NCBI GenBank assembly: GCA_027021705.1
Contig: JALUTT010000040.1
Location: forward strand, 1-58,389
From: Anaerolineae bacterium
Lineage (GTDB): Bacteria; Chloroflexota; Anaerolineae; S140-20
Length of the DNA stretch: 58,389 bases
Direction: 5' to 3'
In this document: one piece after another, positions 48,369-58,147 of the stretch
Position numbering within the stretch: the stretch's first letter is position 1
Layout: each line of letters opens with the position of its first letter
The notes under the pieces: generated by a model
Told to the model about the DNA's origin: nothing
Database searches by the model: none
Seen by the model: the letters and a program-made list of their open reading frames with translations, nothing else
Translations under genes and position numbers: made by a program

Positions 48369-49040
48369 TCAGACCCGGTTCTCCAGCCGGAAGCCGTGGC
48401 CTCGCACCGTGACCACATACTGGTGATCCGGGTCCACCTGGGCCAGCCGGTCCCGCAGCCGGCGCACCAGGGCGTCAATGGCTTGGTCGGTAATCCCCTC
48501 GCTGTAGGCGTCCGTCCAGACCGCCTGGACCACCTCCTCCCGGCTACAGACCCGGCCCTGGGCCTTGTAGAGGAGCAGAAGAAGCCGGTACTGGGCCGGG
48601 GAGAGAGGCGGGATCAACTCCCGTCCCCGAACGAAGACGCGGCGGGCATCTTCATCAATCCACAGGGGAGCACGCGAAGGGGAGCGCTCCATCAGGGCAA
48701 CCGCTTCCTCGAAGCTCAGGGGGACGGTCGCCTCAGCACCCACGAAGGCCAGCTTGACGCAGAGGGCGATCTGAATCTCGTCGCCATCCTGGAGCCGATA
48801 GGGCTCGTGCACCTCCTCGCCGTTGACGTAGGTGCCGTTCTTGCTGCCCAGGTCCACCAGGTAGTATCCCTCATCGCGGCGCTCGATGCGGGCGTGGTGG
48901 CGGGAGACCTGGCGCTCCGGCAGGATGATGTCACAATCGGCCCCCCGCCCGATGGTGATCGCTTCCCGATCAATGGGCCAGCGTTGGCCGGCCAGCATCC
49001 CCTCGTGGGCTACCAGCACGGGCACATCCTGACGATCCAT
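48369..49040 (-). CDS. FHA domain plus OmpR-type winged-helix transcriptional regulator
   Basis: [17 protein letters not shown] (FHA); [19 protein letters not shown] (wHTH). Confidence 0.92.
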   Translation of the reverse strand: MDRQDVPVLVAHEGMLAGQRWPIDREAITIGRGADCDIILPERQVSRHHARIERRDEGYYLVDLGSKNGTYVNGEEVHEPYRLQDGDEIQIALCVKLAFVGAEATVPLSFEEAVALMERSPSRAPLWIDEDARRVFVRGRELIPPLSPAQYRLLLLLYKAQGRVCSREEVVQAVWTDAYSEGITDQAIDALVRRLRDRLAQVDPDHQYVVTVRGHGFRLENRV

Positions 49041-49054
49041 AACGTCCTCCCTCC

Positions 49055-49083
49055 TTGACAGCGAGAGGCTTCTGCACTACCAT
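49055..49083 (+). promoter_or_regulatory. Sigma70-type promoter for the Ser/Thr kinase
   Basis: TTGACA-17 bp-TACCAT. Confidence 0.75.
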
Positions 49084-49098
49084 TCTAGGGAGCATCCA

Positions 49099-49230
49099 TC
49101 ACCTTCACGCATCACGTTTCACGCATCACGCTTCACGCATCACGCTTCACGCATCACGCTTCACGCATCACGCTTCACGTTTCACGCATCACGCTTCACG
49201 CGACACGCATCACGCTTCACGCGACACGCT
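49099..49230 (+). repeat. Heptamer tandem repeat (TCACGCA/TCACGCT), about 19 units
   Basis: Read directly; fills the leader up to ATG 49234. Confidence 0.95.
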
Positions 49231-49233
49231 CCT

Positions 49234-50238
49234 ATGTTCCAGCTTCTGCGACCAGGCACCATCCTACGCCAACGATACCGCATCCTCGGCCCTGTGGGGC
49301 AGGGGGGGATGGGCGCTGTCTACCGGGCGGAAGACCTGCGCCTGGAAGGGCGCTACTGCGCCATCAAAGAGGTCTGCCCCGAGCTGACGGCCGGCCCGGA
49401 AGGGCTGGCCCAGGCCCAGGAGCAGTTTCGTCGGGAGGCCAGCGTCCTGGCCCGCCTTGACCACCCCAACCTGCCCAAGGTCTCCGACTACTTCGCCGAG
49501 GGGGAGCGAGACTACCTGGTGATGGACTTTGTGCCCGGTCGGGACCTGCGGGAGATCATCATCGAGGCGCGACGCCGGGGGGAGTTCCTGCCGGAGGAGG
49601 AGGTGCTGGAGTGGGCACGGCAGTTGTGCGACGCCCTCATCTACCTGCACAGTCAGGAGCCTCCGGTGCTCCACCGGGACATCAAGCCGGCCAACATCAA
49701 GCTCACCCCCGGCGGCCTCATCAAGCTGGTGGACTTCGGACTGGTCAAGCTGATGGCCCCCGACGAGAACCGGACCATCACCGTGCTCCAGGGGCGCGGC
49801 ACCCTGGCCTACACGCCGCTGGAACAGTACGGAGGGGAGACGGGCCACACCGACGTCCGCTCCGACATCTATGCCTTGGGGGCGACCCTCTACCACCTGC
49901 TGACCAACGAGCCCCCGCCGGACGCCAAGCAGCGCTTCCTGCGCCCCGACTCCCTCCGTCCGCCCAGGTCCATCAACCCCCACATCTCCCCCCAGGTTGA
50001 GGCGGCCATCTTGACCGCCATCGCTATGCACCCCGACGACCGCCCACCCTCTATGGAAGTCTTCCAGGAGATGCTCCTCGGCGGCCGCCCGGCCTCCAGC
50101 GCGGGGGCCCTCGTGCCCGCTTCCGCCCGCTGGTCCGAAGGCGCCGAAAGCTGGCGCACCGCCCTTCAGGAGAACTGGGGGCTGCTGACCGTGGCCCTAC
50201 TCGTCGCCCTGGTCGCCGCCGCCATCACTCTGCTCTGA
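49234..50238 (+). CDS. Ser/Thr protein kinase with C-terminal TM
   Basis: [29 protein letters not shown]. Confidence 0.95.
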   Translation: MFQLLRPGTILRQRYRILGPVGQGGMGAVYRAEDLRLEGRYCAIKEVCPELTAGPEGLAQAQEQFRREASVLARLDHPNLPKVSDYFAEGERDYLVMDFVPGRDLREIIIEARRRGEFLPEEEVLEWARQLCDALIYLHSQEPPVLHRDIKPANIKLTPGGLIKLVDFGLVKLMAPDENRTITVLQGRGTLAYTPLEQYGGETGHTDVRSDIYALGATLYHLLTNEPPPDAKQRFLRPDSLRPPRSINPHISPQVEAAILTAIAMHPDDRPPSMEVFQEMLLGGRPASSAGALVPASARWSEGAESWRTALQENWGLLTVALLVALVAAAITLL

Positions 50239-52996
50239 GCCCCAGCCCCCGCACGAAGAGGACGGCCACCAGCGGCAGCGTCGCGGCCAGCAGACTGGTC
50301 AACGGCGCACCCAACGTCCCCACCTGCTCCTCGATCTGCTCCGTGCCGGGAATGCCCAGCCCGTAGAGGATATAGGCGGTCATCCCCCAAATCCAGCACC
50401 AGAGGAAGAGGCGTAGCCCCCGGGAGAGCCCCTCCCGGCGCTGAGTCAGGTAGCCCACACTTCCCACCATCGCCACCGCCACCACCGTCAGCAGGAGCGC
50501 CCCCCCTTGGACCGGCGGGGAAGGGGGCGGGGTGGGCGTGGGCGTCGGGGTCGGCGTCGGGGTGGATGTGGGCGTGGGCGTCGGGGTTGCCGTGGGGGTC
50601 GGGGTGGGGGTCGGTGTCGGCGTCGGTGAAGGGGTCGGCGTCGCCGTCGGCTGCACCGTCGCCACCGCCACCGGCTCGTTCTCCGGGATGTTCAGCCGCA
50701 GTTCCGTCGAGGTGTAGGCAGGATCGCTGCTGGCCGTGATCACCAGCAGGCCGGCCCGCACCAAGTTGATCTCCGCCTGGGCGATCCCGTCGCGGGTCTC
50801 CGCCTTGATCGCCCCCAGCACCAGCTTCTCCTCCGGGTACTCCGGGTGGAACTCCACCGGCGTACCGTCGGGGACCGGGTTGCCGTTGTGGTCCACGATC
50901 ACCCCGGTCCGCACGCTCACCGTTCCCCCCAGCTCCAGCGGCGCACTCCCCTGACCGCCGTTCTCCCCGTTCACCTCGTTGATAAAGAGCTGGATGACCT
51001 GGTTCGGGTCGGGAGCCACCTGCTCAATCAGCTCGTAGCCCACCGCCCGCACTGTGATGGGAAGGTGGCCCCGAGGGACGAACTCTTGGAAGAGGGCCTG
51101 GACGGAGACCTCGACGAAGGGAGCCACCTTGCTGTAGACGCCGTAGTAGGCGGTCAGCTTGCTCACCTCCGTCGCGTCCAGGTAGTGAGGGGCATTGTAG
51201 GCCAGGACGACGATCTCCTGCCCGTTGCCCCGGATAGCGTCGGCCCGCTGAGCCAGGAAGAGCCGGATGGCGTCCGCCTGGGGGTTGAAGGCGCTGGGCT
51301 TGGGGTCAATCATCGTGAAGATGATCCAGTTGGCCGCCGCCAGCGCTTCCTCCAGCGCAGCCGCCTCCTCTTCCTCCATCTCCCCTTCCAACAGCGCCTT
51401 CAACTGGGTGTAGGTGTAGGTCGTCACCTGCTCTGGGGCTACCTGTCCGGTTCCTTCGGGACCGTAGCGGGCGAGGATGGCCGTCTGCAGCGCCAGGGGA
51501 TCGAGGATGTAGCGGCCATCCACCCCCCGACGGTCGTCGGCAAAGATGAGAAGCTGTTCCCCGGCCAACGGCGGTGGCGGCAGGTTGTCCGGTTCCGGTG
51601 AGATGAGGGTGATGGCATCCCGAGCCACGGCCAGCACCTGGGCCACCCCCTGCCCGACCTGGCTGTGGACCCGGTTCACATCCACAAAGGGGGCATCGGC
51701 GGGAAACTCCGGGTAGAGGTGGTACTTCAGCCGCAGGATGCGCACCAGGGCATTGTTCACCCGTTCCTGGAAGACCAGGTCGTTGTCATACTGCTGCTGG
51801 AAGAAGAGGATGGTATCCTTGATGTTGGCCAGCTGATCCTCCCAGGATGCCCCTCGAGGGCCGAACTGGGAGAGGAGCAGGATGTCGTTGCCGGCCAGGA
51901 AGGCATCCCGCGCGATGGCCCGGGGATTGAACCCCTGCCCCAGGCTCTCGTAGAACTTCTGGATGGCGTAGACCCCCAGGGCGTCGGAGACGATGAGCCC
52001 TCCCGCCTCCCGCCAGGCCTGGAGCTCCGGCTCCTGCATCAGGGCTTGGAAGGCTTCCTGATCGAGGCTGATGGGGCGGGTGTGGGCGTAGATGTTGTTC
52101 TGCAACCCTCGGTAGCGGATGTGGGAGGTGAGCAAACCATCGGTGGTGGCCAGCGGGTTGGGAGGCACCGGCTGGGTGACGGCGAAGAAGGGCGCCAGCT
52201 CGATCTGGCGCAGTTGCTCCAGGGACTTCTGGACCGTCGCCACCTCCTGGTCCTCCCGCCGGTCCGAGCCACCGTGGCCGGGGAAGTGTTTGGCGATCAC
52301 CGCGATCCGCCCTTGGCTCCCTTCGTGGACGCCCTGGATGTAGGCCCGGCCCAGCTTGCCCACCCAGTAAGGATCACCGCCGAAGGTGCGGGTGCCCAAA
52401 TCCCCTCGCTCCAACGGCTGGGGATTGTCCAGCACGTCCAGGGAAGGCCCCAGGAGCATATTGACACCCAACGCCGCCAGCTCCTGCCCCACGATCTGCC
52501 CGATGGCCTGAGCATGATCGGGGTTCCAAGTCGCACCGATGGCCATGTTGTTGGGCACCGGGGTGAGGCCGTTGGTGATGCGGGTGTAGGGGAAACCATC
52601 CCCCTCGTGGTCCACGGCGATGAAGAGGGGGATGAAAGGCGCTCCATCCTGGCGAGCCGCCTCCAACGCCAGTTGCTGGAGCGCATTGGCCATCGTCGCC
52701 ACCTCGACCGGTGTGTCACGATCAGGGCTGTTGACGATGTTGCCGTTGGACTCCAACAGGACGACGGCCCCCACGTGATAGTTCTGAATCAGGTCAGCGA
52801 TGTCGCTCTCCGGCCCGACGTCGCTCCCCAGAAAGGGGACCATGAAGAGCTGTCCCACCTTCTCAGGAGTGGACATTTGAGCCAGGATACGGGCGATGAA
52901 CTCGTCCTCCGGCCCCCCCTGGGCCTCAACCTTCGGAGGGGACCAAAGGGCAACCAGCACCGCCAGAGAGAGCAGCAGACGCAATAGGCGGAACAT
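50225..52996 (-). CDS. Secreted, membrane-anchored GH3 glycoside hydrolase (beta-N-acetylhexosaminidase-like)
   Basis: EKVGQL, AVDHEG, KHFPGHG, IVSDAL; Pro/Thr linker and C-terminal TMs. Confidence 0.88.
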   Translation of the reverse strand: MFRLLRLLLSLAVLVALWSPPKVEAQGGPEDEFIARILAQMSTPEKVGQLFMVPFLGSDVGPESDIADLIQNYHVGAVVLLESNGNIVNSPDRDTPVEVATMANALQQLALEAARQDGAPFIPLFIAVDHEGDGFPYTRITNGLTPVPNNMAIGATWNPDHAQAIGQIVGQELAALGVNMLLGPSLDVLDNPQPLERGDLGTRTFGGDPYWVGKLGRAYIQGVHEGSQGRIAVIAKHFPGHGGSDRREDQEVATVQKSLEQLRQIELAPFFAVTQPVPPNPLATTDGLLTSHIRYRGLQNNIYAHTRPISLDQEAFQALMQEPELQAWREAGGLIVSDALGVYAIQKFYESLGQGFNPRAIARDAFLAGNDILLLSQFGPRGASWEDQLANIKDTILFFQQQYDNDLVFQERVNNALVRILRLKYHLYPEFPADAPFVDVNRVHSQVGQGVAQVLAVARDAITLISPEPDNLPPPPLAGEQLLIFADDRRGVDGRYILDPLALQTAILARYGPEGTGQVAPEQVTTYTYTQLKALLEGEMEEEEAAALEEALAAANWIIFTMIDPKPSAFNPQADAIRLFLAQRADAIRGNGQEIVVLAYNAPHYLDATEVSKLTAYYGVYSKVAPFVEVSVQALFQEFVPRGHLPITVRAVGYELIEQVAPDPNQVIQLFINEVNGENGGQGSAPLELGGTVSVRTGVIVDHNGNPVPDGTPVEFHPEYPEEKLVLGAIKAETRDGIAQAEINLVRAGLLVITASSDPAYTSTELRLNIPENEPVAVATVQPTATPTPSPTPTPTPTPTPTATPTPTPTSTPTPTPTPTPTPPPSPPVQGGALLLTVVAVAMVGSVGYLTQRREGLSRGLRLFLWCWIWGMTAYILYGLGIPGTEQIEEQVGTLGAPLTSLLAATLPLVAVLFVRGLGLRAE

Positions 52997-53093
52997 CGGC
53001 GGTCTCCTCTCCTCCTCACACACCCAATCCTACGTATGCACAACCTGCAGCACGCAACACGTAACGCGCAATCAGCAACACACTCCACGTAAA

Positions 53094-53121
53094 AGTATAC
53101 CGCATCAGGGAGAGACGTCAA
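53094..53121 (-). promoter_or_regulatory. Sigma70-type promoter for the GH3 gene
   Basis: TTGACG-16 bp-TATACT. Confidence 0.65.
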
Positions 53122-53127
53122 CGGGGC

Positions 53128-54135
53128 TCACCGCAACCGGTATCCCATCCGCCGCAGTTCCTGCTCCTTCCGCCGCCACTTCTTGCGCACCTTCACCCAC
53201 AGGTCCAGGTAGACCCGGCTGCCGGTGAGCCGTTCGATCTCCTGCCGGGCCGCCGTCCCGATCTGACGCAGCATCCTGCCGTTGGCCCCGATGAGGATCC
53301 GCTTCTGGGACTCCCGTTCCACGTAGATGTTCGCCGCCACGTAGATCAGGTCCTCCCGCCGCTCTTTGAACTCTTCCACAACCACCGCCACGGAGTGGGG
53401 TACCTCTTGCCGAGTGTAGCGCAGCACCTGCTCGCGGATCAACTCCGCCGCGATCTCCCGCTCCGTCTGGTCGGTTACCTGGTCACCGGGGTAGTAGCGT
53501 GGCCCTTCCGGCAGCGCCTCCACGATCTGGTCCAGCAGCTTGTCCACGTTCTCCCCAGTGGTGGCCGTGGTCATCATCCAGGCCCGATGTTCCACCAGGG
53601 CCCAGTAGGCTTTCGTATGGCGCTCCACCCGAGCTGCCGGCAGCAAGTCCATCTTGTTGAGGACGAGAAGCACCGGAGCCTCCCCTTTTCGCCGCGTGAT
53701 GAGGCGGGCGATCATCTGGTCCTCGTCTGTGGGCAGTACCGAAACGTCCACGACGAAGAGGATGACATCGGCATCGGGGATCGTCCGGGTGGCCGTGTGA
53801 ACCATGTACTCTCCCAGCTTGTGCTTGGGGCGGTGGATTCCTGGCGTGTCCATAAAGATGACCTGGTAGTGAGGCCGGGTCAGAATGCCCAGGATGCGAT
53901 TACGGGTCGTCTGAGGCTTCGGAGAGACGATGGCGACCTTCTGGCCCAAGATGGTATTCATCAGCGTGGACTTGCCTACGTTGGGCCGGCCGATCACTGC
54001 CACGAAGCCCGACTTATGTCCCGGCGGCACATGGTCCAGATCGTACAGCGCCAGCTCGGCCTCTGTCGGCCTCCCTTCTGAGGGAAGAGAGGTCTCCTCC
54101 GCTGTACTTGGTGGCTGTTCTGACCGCTCGCTCAA
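53128..54135 (-). CDS. era: GTPase Era
   Basis: GRPNVGKSTL, PQTTR, DTPG, NKMD, C-terminal KH domain; TTG 54135 after GGAGGGAGG. Confidence 0.96.
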   Translation of the reverse strand: MSERSEQPPSTAEETSLPSEGRPTEAELALYDLDHVPPGHKSGFVAVIGRPNVGKSTLMNTILGQKVAIVSPKPQTTRNRILGILTRPHYQVIFMDTPGIHRPKHKLGEYMVHTATRTIPDADVILFVVDVSVLPTDEDQMIARLITRRKGEAPVLLVLNKMDLLPAARVERHTKAYWALVEHRAWMMTTATTGENVDKLLDQIVEALPEGPRYYPGDQVTDQTEREIAAELIREQVLRYTRQEVPHSVAVVVEEFKERREDLIYVAANIYVERESQKRILIGANGRMLRQIGTAARQEIERLTGSRVYLDLWVKVRKKWRRKEQELRRMGYRLR

Positions 54136-54270
54136 AATCCTCCCTCCTGCACTTGGCGTCCTTAGAACATCTATGCCGCACCAGAAGCAGGCCCCATCAG
54201 CCCATTCCAGGGACAGCGCCCAACATGGGTGAGGGGATACGGTCCACTTGAGCAATACCTCGCTCCACGC

Positions 54271-54300
54271 CAAAGAAGAGAAAGGGCCTCTGCCGAGGCC
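54271..54300 (-). terminator. Intrinsic terminator downstream of the bS22-like gene
   Basis: GGGCCTC-GGCA-GAGGCCC followed by TTTCTCTTCTTT on the minus strand. Confidence 0.75.
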
Positions 54301-54442
54301 CCGCACACGTTGAGCCCATCCTGCCGTCCCCGGCAGCAGACCTGGTCTGACACCAGGGGGATCGCTTACAGTCCATCCTACGCCGGCCCATCATCACGAT
54401 CCCTGCAGAACGAGCTCCCGGGCAGCGCATTGAAGACCCAGA

Positions 54443-54541
54443 CTATTTCTTATTCCTCCGCTGCCAGCGGGTCTTCTTGAGCATCTTCCGATGCTTGTGC
54501 TTGGCCATCTTCTTCTTGCGCCACTTGCGTACGCTTCCCAT
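54443..54541 (-). CDS. Small basic protein, 30S ribosomal protein bS22 / AURKAIP1-COX24 family
   Basis: MGSVRKWRKKKMAKHKHRKMLKKTRWQRRNKK; AAGGAGG RBS. Confidence 0.88.
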   Translation of the reverse strand: MGSVRKWRKKKMAKHKHRKMLKKTRWQRRNKK

Positions 54542-54685
54542 AACATCCTCCTTTCTTTTGATTGTGTCTTGTTGCTTATCGTTTGCACCTTGCAGCTCGC
54601 GCCTCGCGCCCTGCATCCTATCGCCGGCACCCTGTATCCTACCATGGATACAGAGGAAAGGCAAGCTTCTCTGGAGATTGCATCA

Positions 54686-54780
54686 CCCTCCCGCAGGTCC
54701 CAAGGTGCCCGGCGATGGCAACGCCTTACCGGCAGCGGCCTACAACGCACTTTAGGCCGTGGGAAGAACCTGCGGGAGGG
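54686..54780. repeat. 95-bp TIR element, copy 6 (subfamily B, divergent)
   Basis: Same TIRs; interior similar to copies 2, 4 and 5. Confidence 0.88.
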
Positions 54781-54854
54781 TTCCCCCCAAGGATCAGAGC
54801 GCTGAAAAGCCCTGGGAGATTACCCCCCAAGCGATCACCAACCAATCTGCCAGG

Positions 54855-54883
54855 TTGACATTTCCGCCATTCTGTGCCATAAT
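54855..54883 (+). promoter_or_regulatory. Near-consensus sigma70-type promoter
   Basis: TTGACA-17 bp-CATAAT with TG extended -10. Confidence 0.85.
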
Positions 54884-54889
54884 AGCGGG

Positions 54890-55078
54890 CGGAGCGGAGG
54901 GCGGATGAAGCCCCCGTGCCTTCCCTCCTGACTTCCGGCCCAGCTATCCCAAGAAAAGGAGGTGGTGCCCATGAGTCATAACTGTACCGAACGCGCCGTA
55001 GCACCGCCTCCTGTTCTTTTGTAGGTGCTACGGCGCCAGCAAAGGGCCGCCTCCTCATAGCTGGGGCGGCCTTTTGTT
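54890..55078 (+). ncRNA. Candidate small structured RNA or small-ORF mRNA of unknown family
   Basis: Own promoter and terminator; AAAAGGAGGTGG followed by a 17-codon ORF (54971-55024); perfect 13-bp hairpin 54993-55036. Confidence 0.6.
55041..55078 (+). terminator. Intrinsic terminator
   Basis: AAAGGGCCGCCTC...GGGGCGGCCTTTT followed by GTT. Confidence 0.8.
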
Positions 55079-55134
55079 GTGGCATCCCGTTGGTTGGCCT
55101 ACTTCACGAGCACCTGTGACAATCGTGAGTTGCG

Positions 55135-56178
55135 ATGGGAGAACCGACACCCTTCCCAGAACGTCTCCCCCTGGGCAAGCTCCCTCCAGAACACCTGACG
55201 CGCCTACTGGCTGCCGTCGCGCCTGCCGACCCTCGGGTGGTCGTCGGACCTCGCTTCGGGGAAGACGCGGCCGTCCTGGACTTCGGCGATCGCTACCTGG
55301 TCGCCAAGACCGATCCCATCACCTTCGCCACCGATGAGATCGGCTGGTACGCCGTCCACGTCAACGCCAACGACGTGGCAACCACCGGCGCCCGGCCCCG
55401 CTGGTTTATGGCCACCCTTCTGCTTCCTGAGGGCCAGGCCGACCTCTCGATGGCGGAGATGATCTTCGACCAGATGCACGCGGCCTGCCAGGAGATCGGG
55501 GCTGGCCTGGTGGGTGGCCACACCGAAGTCACCTACGACCTCTTCCGTCCCATCGTCGTCGGCGTGATGCTGGGCGAGGTGGCTCGGGAACGCCTGGTCA
55601 CCACCGCCGGTGCTCAGATCGGGGATGCTGTGGTGCTGACCAAAGGGATAGCGGTCGAGGCCACCTCCATCATCGCCCGTGAGAAGCGAGAGACCCTCAT
55701 CGCCGAAAACGGCCTGGACGAACCCTTCCTGGATCGCTGTGCCGCCTTCCTCCACGACCCAGGCATCAGTGTGGTCCGGGATGCCCAGATCGCCACCGAG
55801 ACCGCCCCCGTCCACGCTATGCACGATCCCACCGAGGGCGGGCTGGCCACCGGCCTGTGGGAGTTGGCCCAGGCGGCCAACGTCGGCCTGGAGATCGAGG
55901 CTCAGGCCGTCCCCCTCTTCCCCGAGACGGCCCGCCTCTGTGCTGCCTTCGGCTTGGACCCCTGGGGAGTCATCGGGTCGGGCAGTCTCCTGCTGACGGC
56001 AGCCCCTGCCGACGCCGAGCGCATCGTCGCCGCCCTTCACCAGGCCGGCATCGAAGCGGCCATCATCGGGCAGGTCGTCCCCCCGGAGCAGGGCCTGCTC
56101 GTGCACCAGGGTGACAGCACCAGACCGCTCCCCCGCTTCCAACGGGACGAGATCGCCCGCCTTTTCGAGACCCCATAA
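55135..56178 (+). CDS. AIR synthase family protein (PurM-like fold, HypE/ThiL-related)
   Basis: GEDAAV, KTDPIT, VNANDVA, GGHTE, MHDPTEGG. Confidence 0.88.
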   Translation: MGEPTPFPERLPLGKLPPEHLTRLLAAVAPADPRVVVGPRFGEDAAVLDFGDRYLVAKTDPITFATDEIGWYAVHVNANDVATTGARPRWFMATLLLPEGQADLSMAEMIFDQMHAACQEIGAGLVGGHTEVTYDLFRPIVVGVMLGEVARERLVTTAGAQIGDAVVLTKGIAVEATSIIAREKRETLIAENGLDEPFLDRCAAFLHDPGISVVRDAQIATETAPVHAMHDPTEGGLATGLWELAQAANVGLEIEAQAVPLFPETARLCAAFGLDPWGVIGSGSLLLTAAPADAERIVAALHQAGIEAAIIGQVVPPEQGLLVHQGDSTRPLPRFQRDEIARLFETP

Positions 56179-56207
56179 GCTCCTCCTGGGGAGCAGAGGA
56201 GTTTCCG

Positions 56208-57752
56208 GTGAACCTCCGGACCCAGCATGCCCACCTGCTCTACGAAATCACCCAGCAGATCGCGACCCTCCTCGACCTGGACGAATTGCTGAGCCGCATC
56301 CTCTCCCTCACCATCAGCAGCACCGGCGCCGAACAGGGCAGCATCTTCCTGCTGGACGTTGAGGGCAGGGTGGAGCGGCAGATCTTGATCCGCAACGACC
56401 TGCCGCCGGCCGTCTCTCAGCAAGTCATCCAGGCGGTGCTGGAAAAAGGATTGGCCGGCTGGGTGTTACGTCACCGTCGAGGCGCTGTGGTCGCCGATGC
56501 CCAGACGGACCCCCGTTGGCTATCCCTCCCCGACACCCCCTACACCGTGCGCTCAGCCCTCGCCGTCCCCTTCATCCACCAAGAACGGGTGTACGGCTTG
56601 CTGACCCTAATCCACTCCCAGCCGGGGGCCTTTACGGAGGAAGACCTCTCCCTATTGACCGCGGTGGGCCACCAGGCTGCAGCAGCCATCCAGAACGCCC
56701 GCCTCTACGAATACGTCCGCCGGCAACAGACCACCCTGACCACCATCATCAACAGCGTCCAGGACGCCATTCTGGTCCTCGACCCCCAAGGTGTGGTCTT
56801 CCTCGTCAACCCGGCTGCCAGCCGGGCCCTGGGCCTGGAGCCCGACGCTACCATTGGCCGCCCCCTCTCCGACTCCATCGCCATCCCCCAGTTCCTCGAA
56901 CTGGTCCGGCAAGCCCAGACCTCTGGGAAGCCCACTCAGTCGGAGATCGTCTGGGAAGATGGTCGCACCTTCGAGGTCGTCGTCCAGCCGGTGGAGGCAA
57001 TGGGCACCGTGATCACGCTGCATGACATCACCCACTTCAAGGCGCTGGACACCCTTAAAGATGAACTGGTCGCCACCGTCTCCCACGACCTGAAGTCGCC
57101 CCTGGGGCTGATCTACGGCCACGCCGGCTTGCTGAAGGAAGCCATCGAAGAGATCCCCTCCTACCTGCATGAGAGCGTGGAGGCCATCCTGGGTGCCGTG
57201 CTGAAGATGCAGACCCTCATTGACTCCCTCCTCGACCTGGCCCAAATTGAGGCAGGGATGGACCGGATGACGGAACGCTGCCTGATGGACCAGATCGTGG
57301 AGGAGGTGGTGGAATCCTTCCGGTTCCAGGCCGAGGAGAAGCAGATCACGCTGGAGATGGAGATCGCTCCTGACCTGCCCCCCATCGTCGGCAATCCCCT
57401 GCGGCTGAGTCAGGCGGTGAGCAACCTGGTGAGCAACGCCATCAAATACACGCCCGCCGGCGGTCGGGTCACCGTCTGCCTCTTCCGCCAGGAGGACGCC
57501 CTCGTTGTGACCGTGACCGACACCGGGCCGGGCATCCCGCCAGCCAAGCAGCGTGGCCTCTTCAGCAAGTTCTACCGAACGGGGATGCGCGAGACCATCG
57601 CCCAGGAAGGGCATGGCCTGGGGCTGGCCATCGTTCGCTCGGTCGTCGAAGCCCACGGCGGCAAGGTCTGGGTCGAGAGTCAGGTCGGACAGGGGAGCAC
57701 TTTCGGCTTCACCCTCCCCATCCCCCGAGAGAAGCTGGAGGGAGACCTATGA
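56208..57752 (+). CDS. GAF-PAS sensor histidine kinase
   Basis: SHDLKSP, NLVSNAIKYT, DTGPGI, GHGLGL. Confidence 0.94.
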   Translation: MNLRTQHAHLLYEITQQIATLLDLDELLSRILSLTISSTGAEQGSIFLLDVEGRVERQILIRNDLPPAVSQQVIQAVLEKGLAGWVLRHRRGAVVADAQTDPRWLSLPDTPYTVRSALAVPFIHQERVYGLLTLIHSQPGAFTEEDLSLLTAVGHQAAAAIQNARLYEYVRRQQTTLTTIINSVQDAILVLDPQGVVFLVNPAASRALGLEPDATIGRPLSDSIAIPQFLELVRQAQTSGKPTQSEIVWEDGRTFEVVVQPVEAMGTVITLHDITHFKALDTLKDELVATVSHDLKSPLGLIYGHAGLLKEAIEEIPSYLHESVEAILGAVLKMQTLIDSLLDLAQIEAGMDRMTERCLMDQIVEEVVESFRFQAEEKQITLEMEIAPDLPPIVGNPLRLSQAVSNLVSNAIKYTPAGGRVTVCLFRQEDALVVTVTDTGPGIPPAKQRGLFSKFYRTGMRETIAQEGHGLGLAIVRSVVEAHGGKVWVESQVGQGSTFGFTLPIPREKLEGDL

Positions 57753-58120
57753 GCAATCTGGACTTCTCCAACATCAACGTGCTGGCCGTTCTCACCGGTT
57801 TTCTCACCGACTTTGCCTTTACCCTGCTCGTCGGCTTCCTCGTCGTCAGCCTGATGACGCCGGCCGGTTCGCAGCAGGTTTCGCCCACCGTGGAGTTGAT
57901 TGCCAACGGCTTGGGCGTCGTGGGGGCCTTGATCGGGGGCTTCGTAGCCGGAAAGATTGCCGGGCGACAGCACGTTGAGCACGGTCTTCTCGCCAGCGGT
58001 CTTGGCCTCGCCATCAGCCTCTGCTTCATCCTCCCCAGCGGCCAGTTCACTCTGGCTTTCTTGGGCTTTGCCATCCTCAACTTGGTCGCCGCCGGCTACG
58101 GCGGTCATCTGAGCCGCTGA
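57749..58120 (+). CDS. Small 4-TM membrane protein
   Basis: Four hydrophobic segments; GGAGGGAG RBS; ATGA overlap with the kinase stop. Confidence 0.8.
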   Translation: MSNLDFSNINVLAVLTGFLTDFAFTLLVGFLVVSLMTPAGSQQVSPTVELIANGLGVVGALIGGFVAGKIAGRQHVEHGLLASGLGLAISLCFILPSGQFTLAFLGFAILNLVAAGYGGHLSR

Positions 58121-58147
58121 GCCGTCTTGTGGGGATAGGAAGACCAG

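Noticed and set aside
54443..54541. 32-aa basic peptide as a novel microprotein
   Set aside because: It closely resembles the known bS22 / AURKAIP1-COX24 family.
54971..55024. 17-aa ORF as a type I toxin
   Set aside because: The peptide is too short and not hydrophobic enough for a TM toxin, and no antisense promoter is evident. It is kept only as part of the RNA finding.
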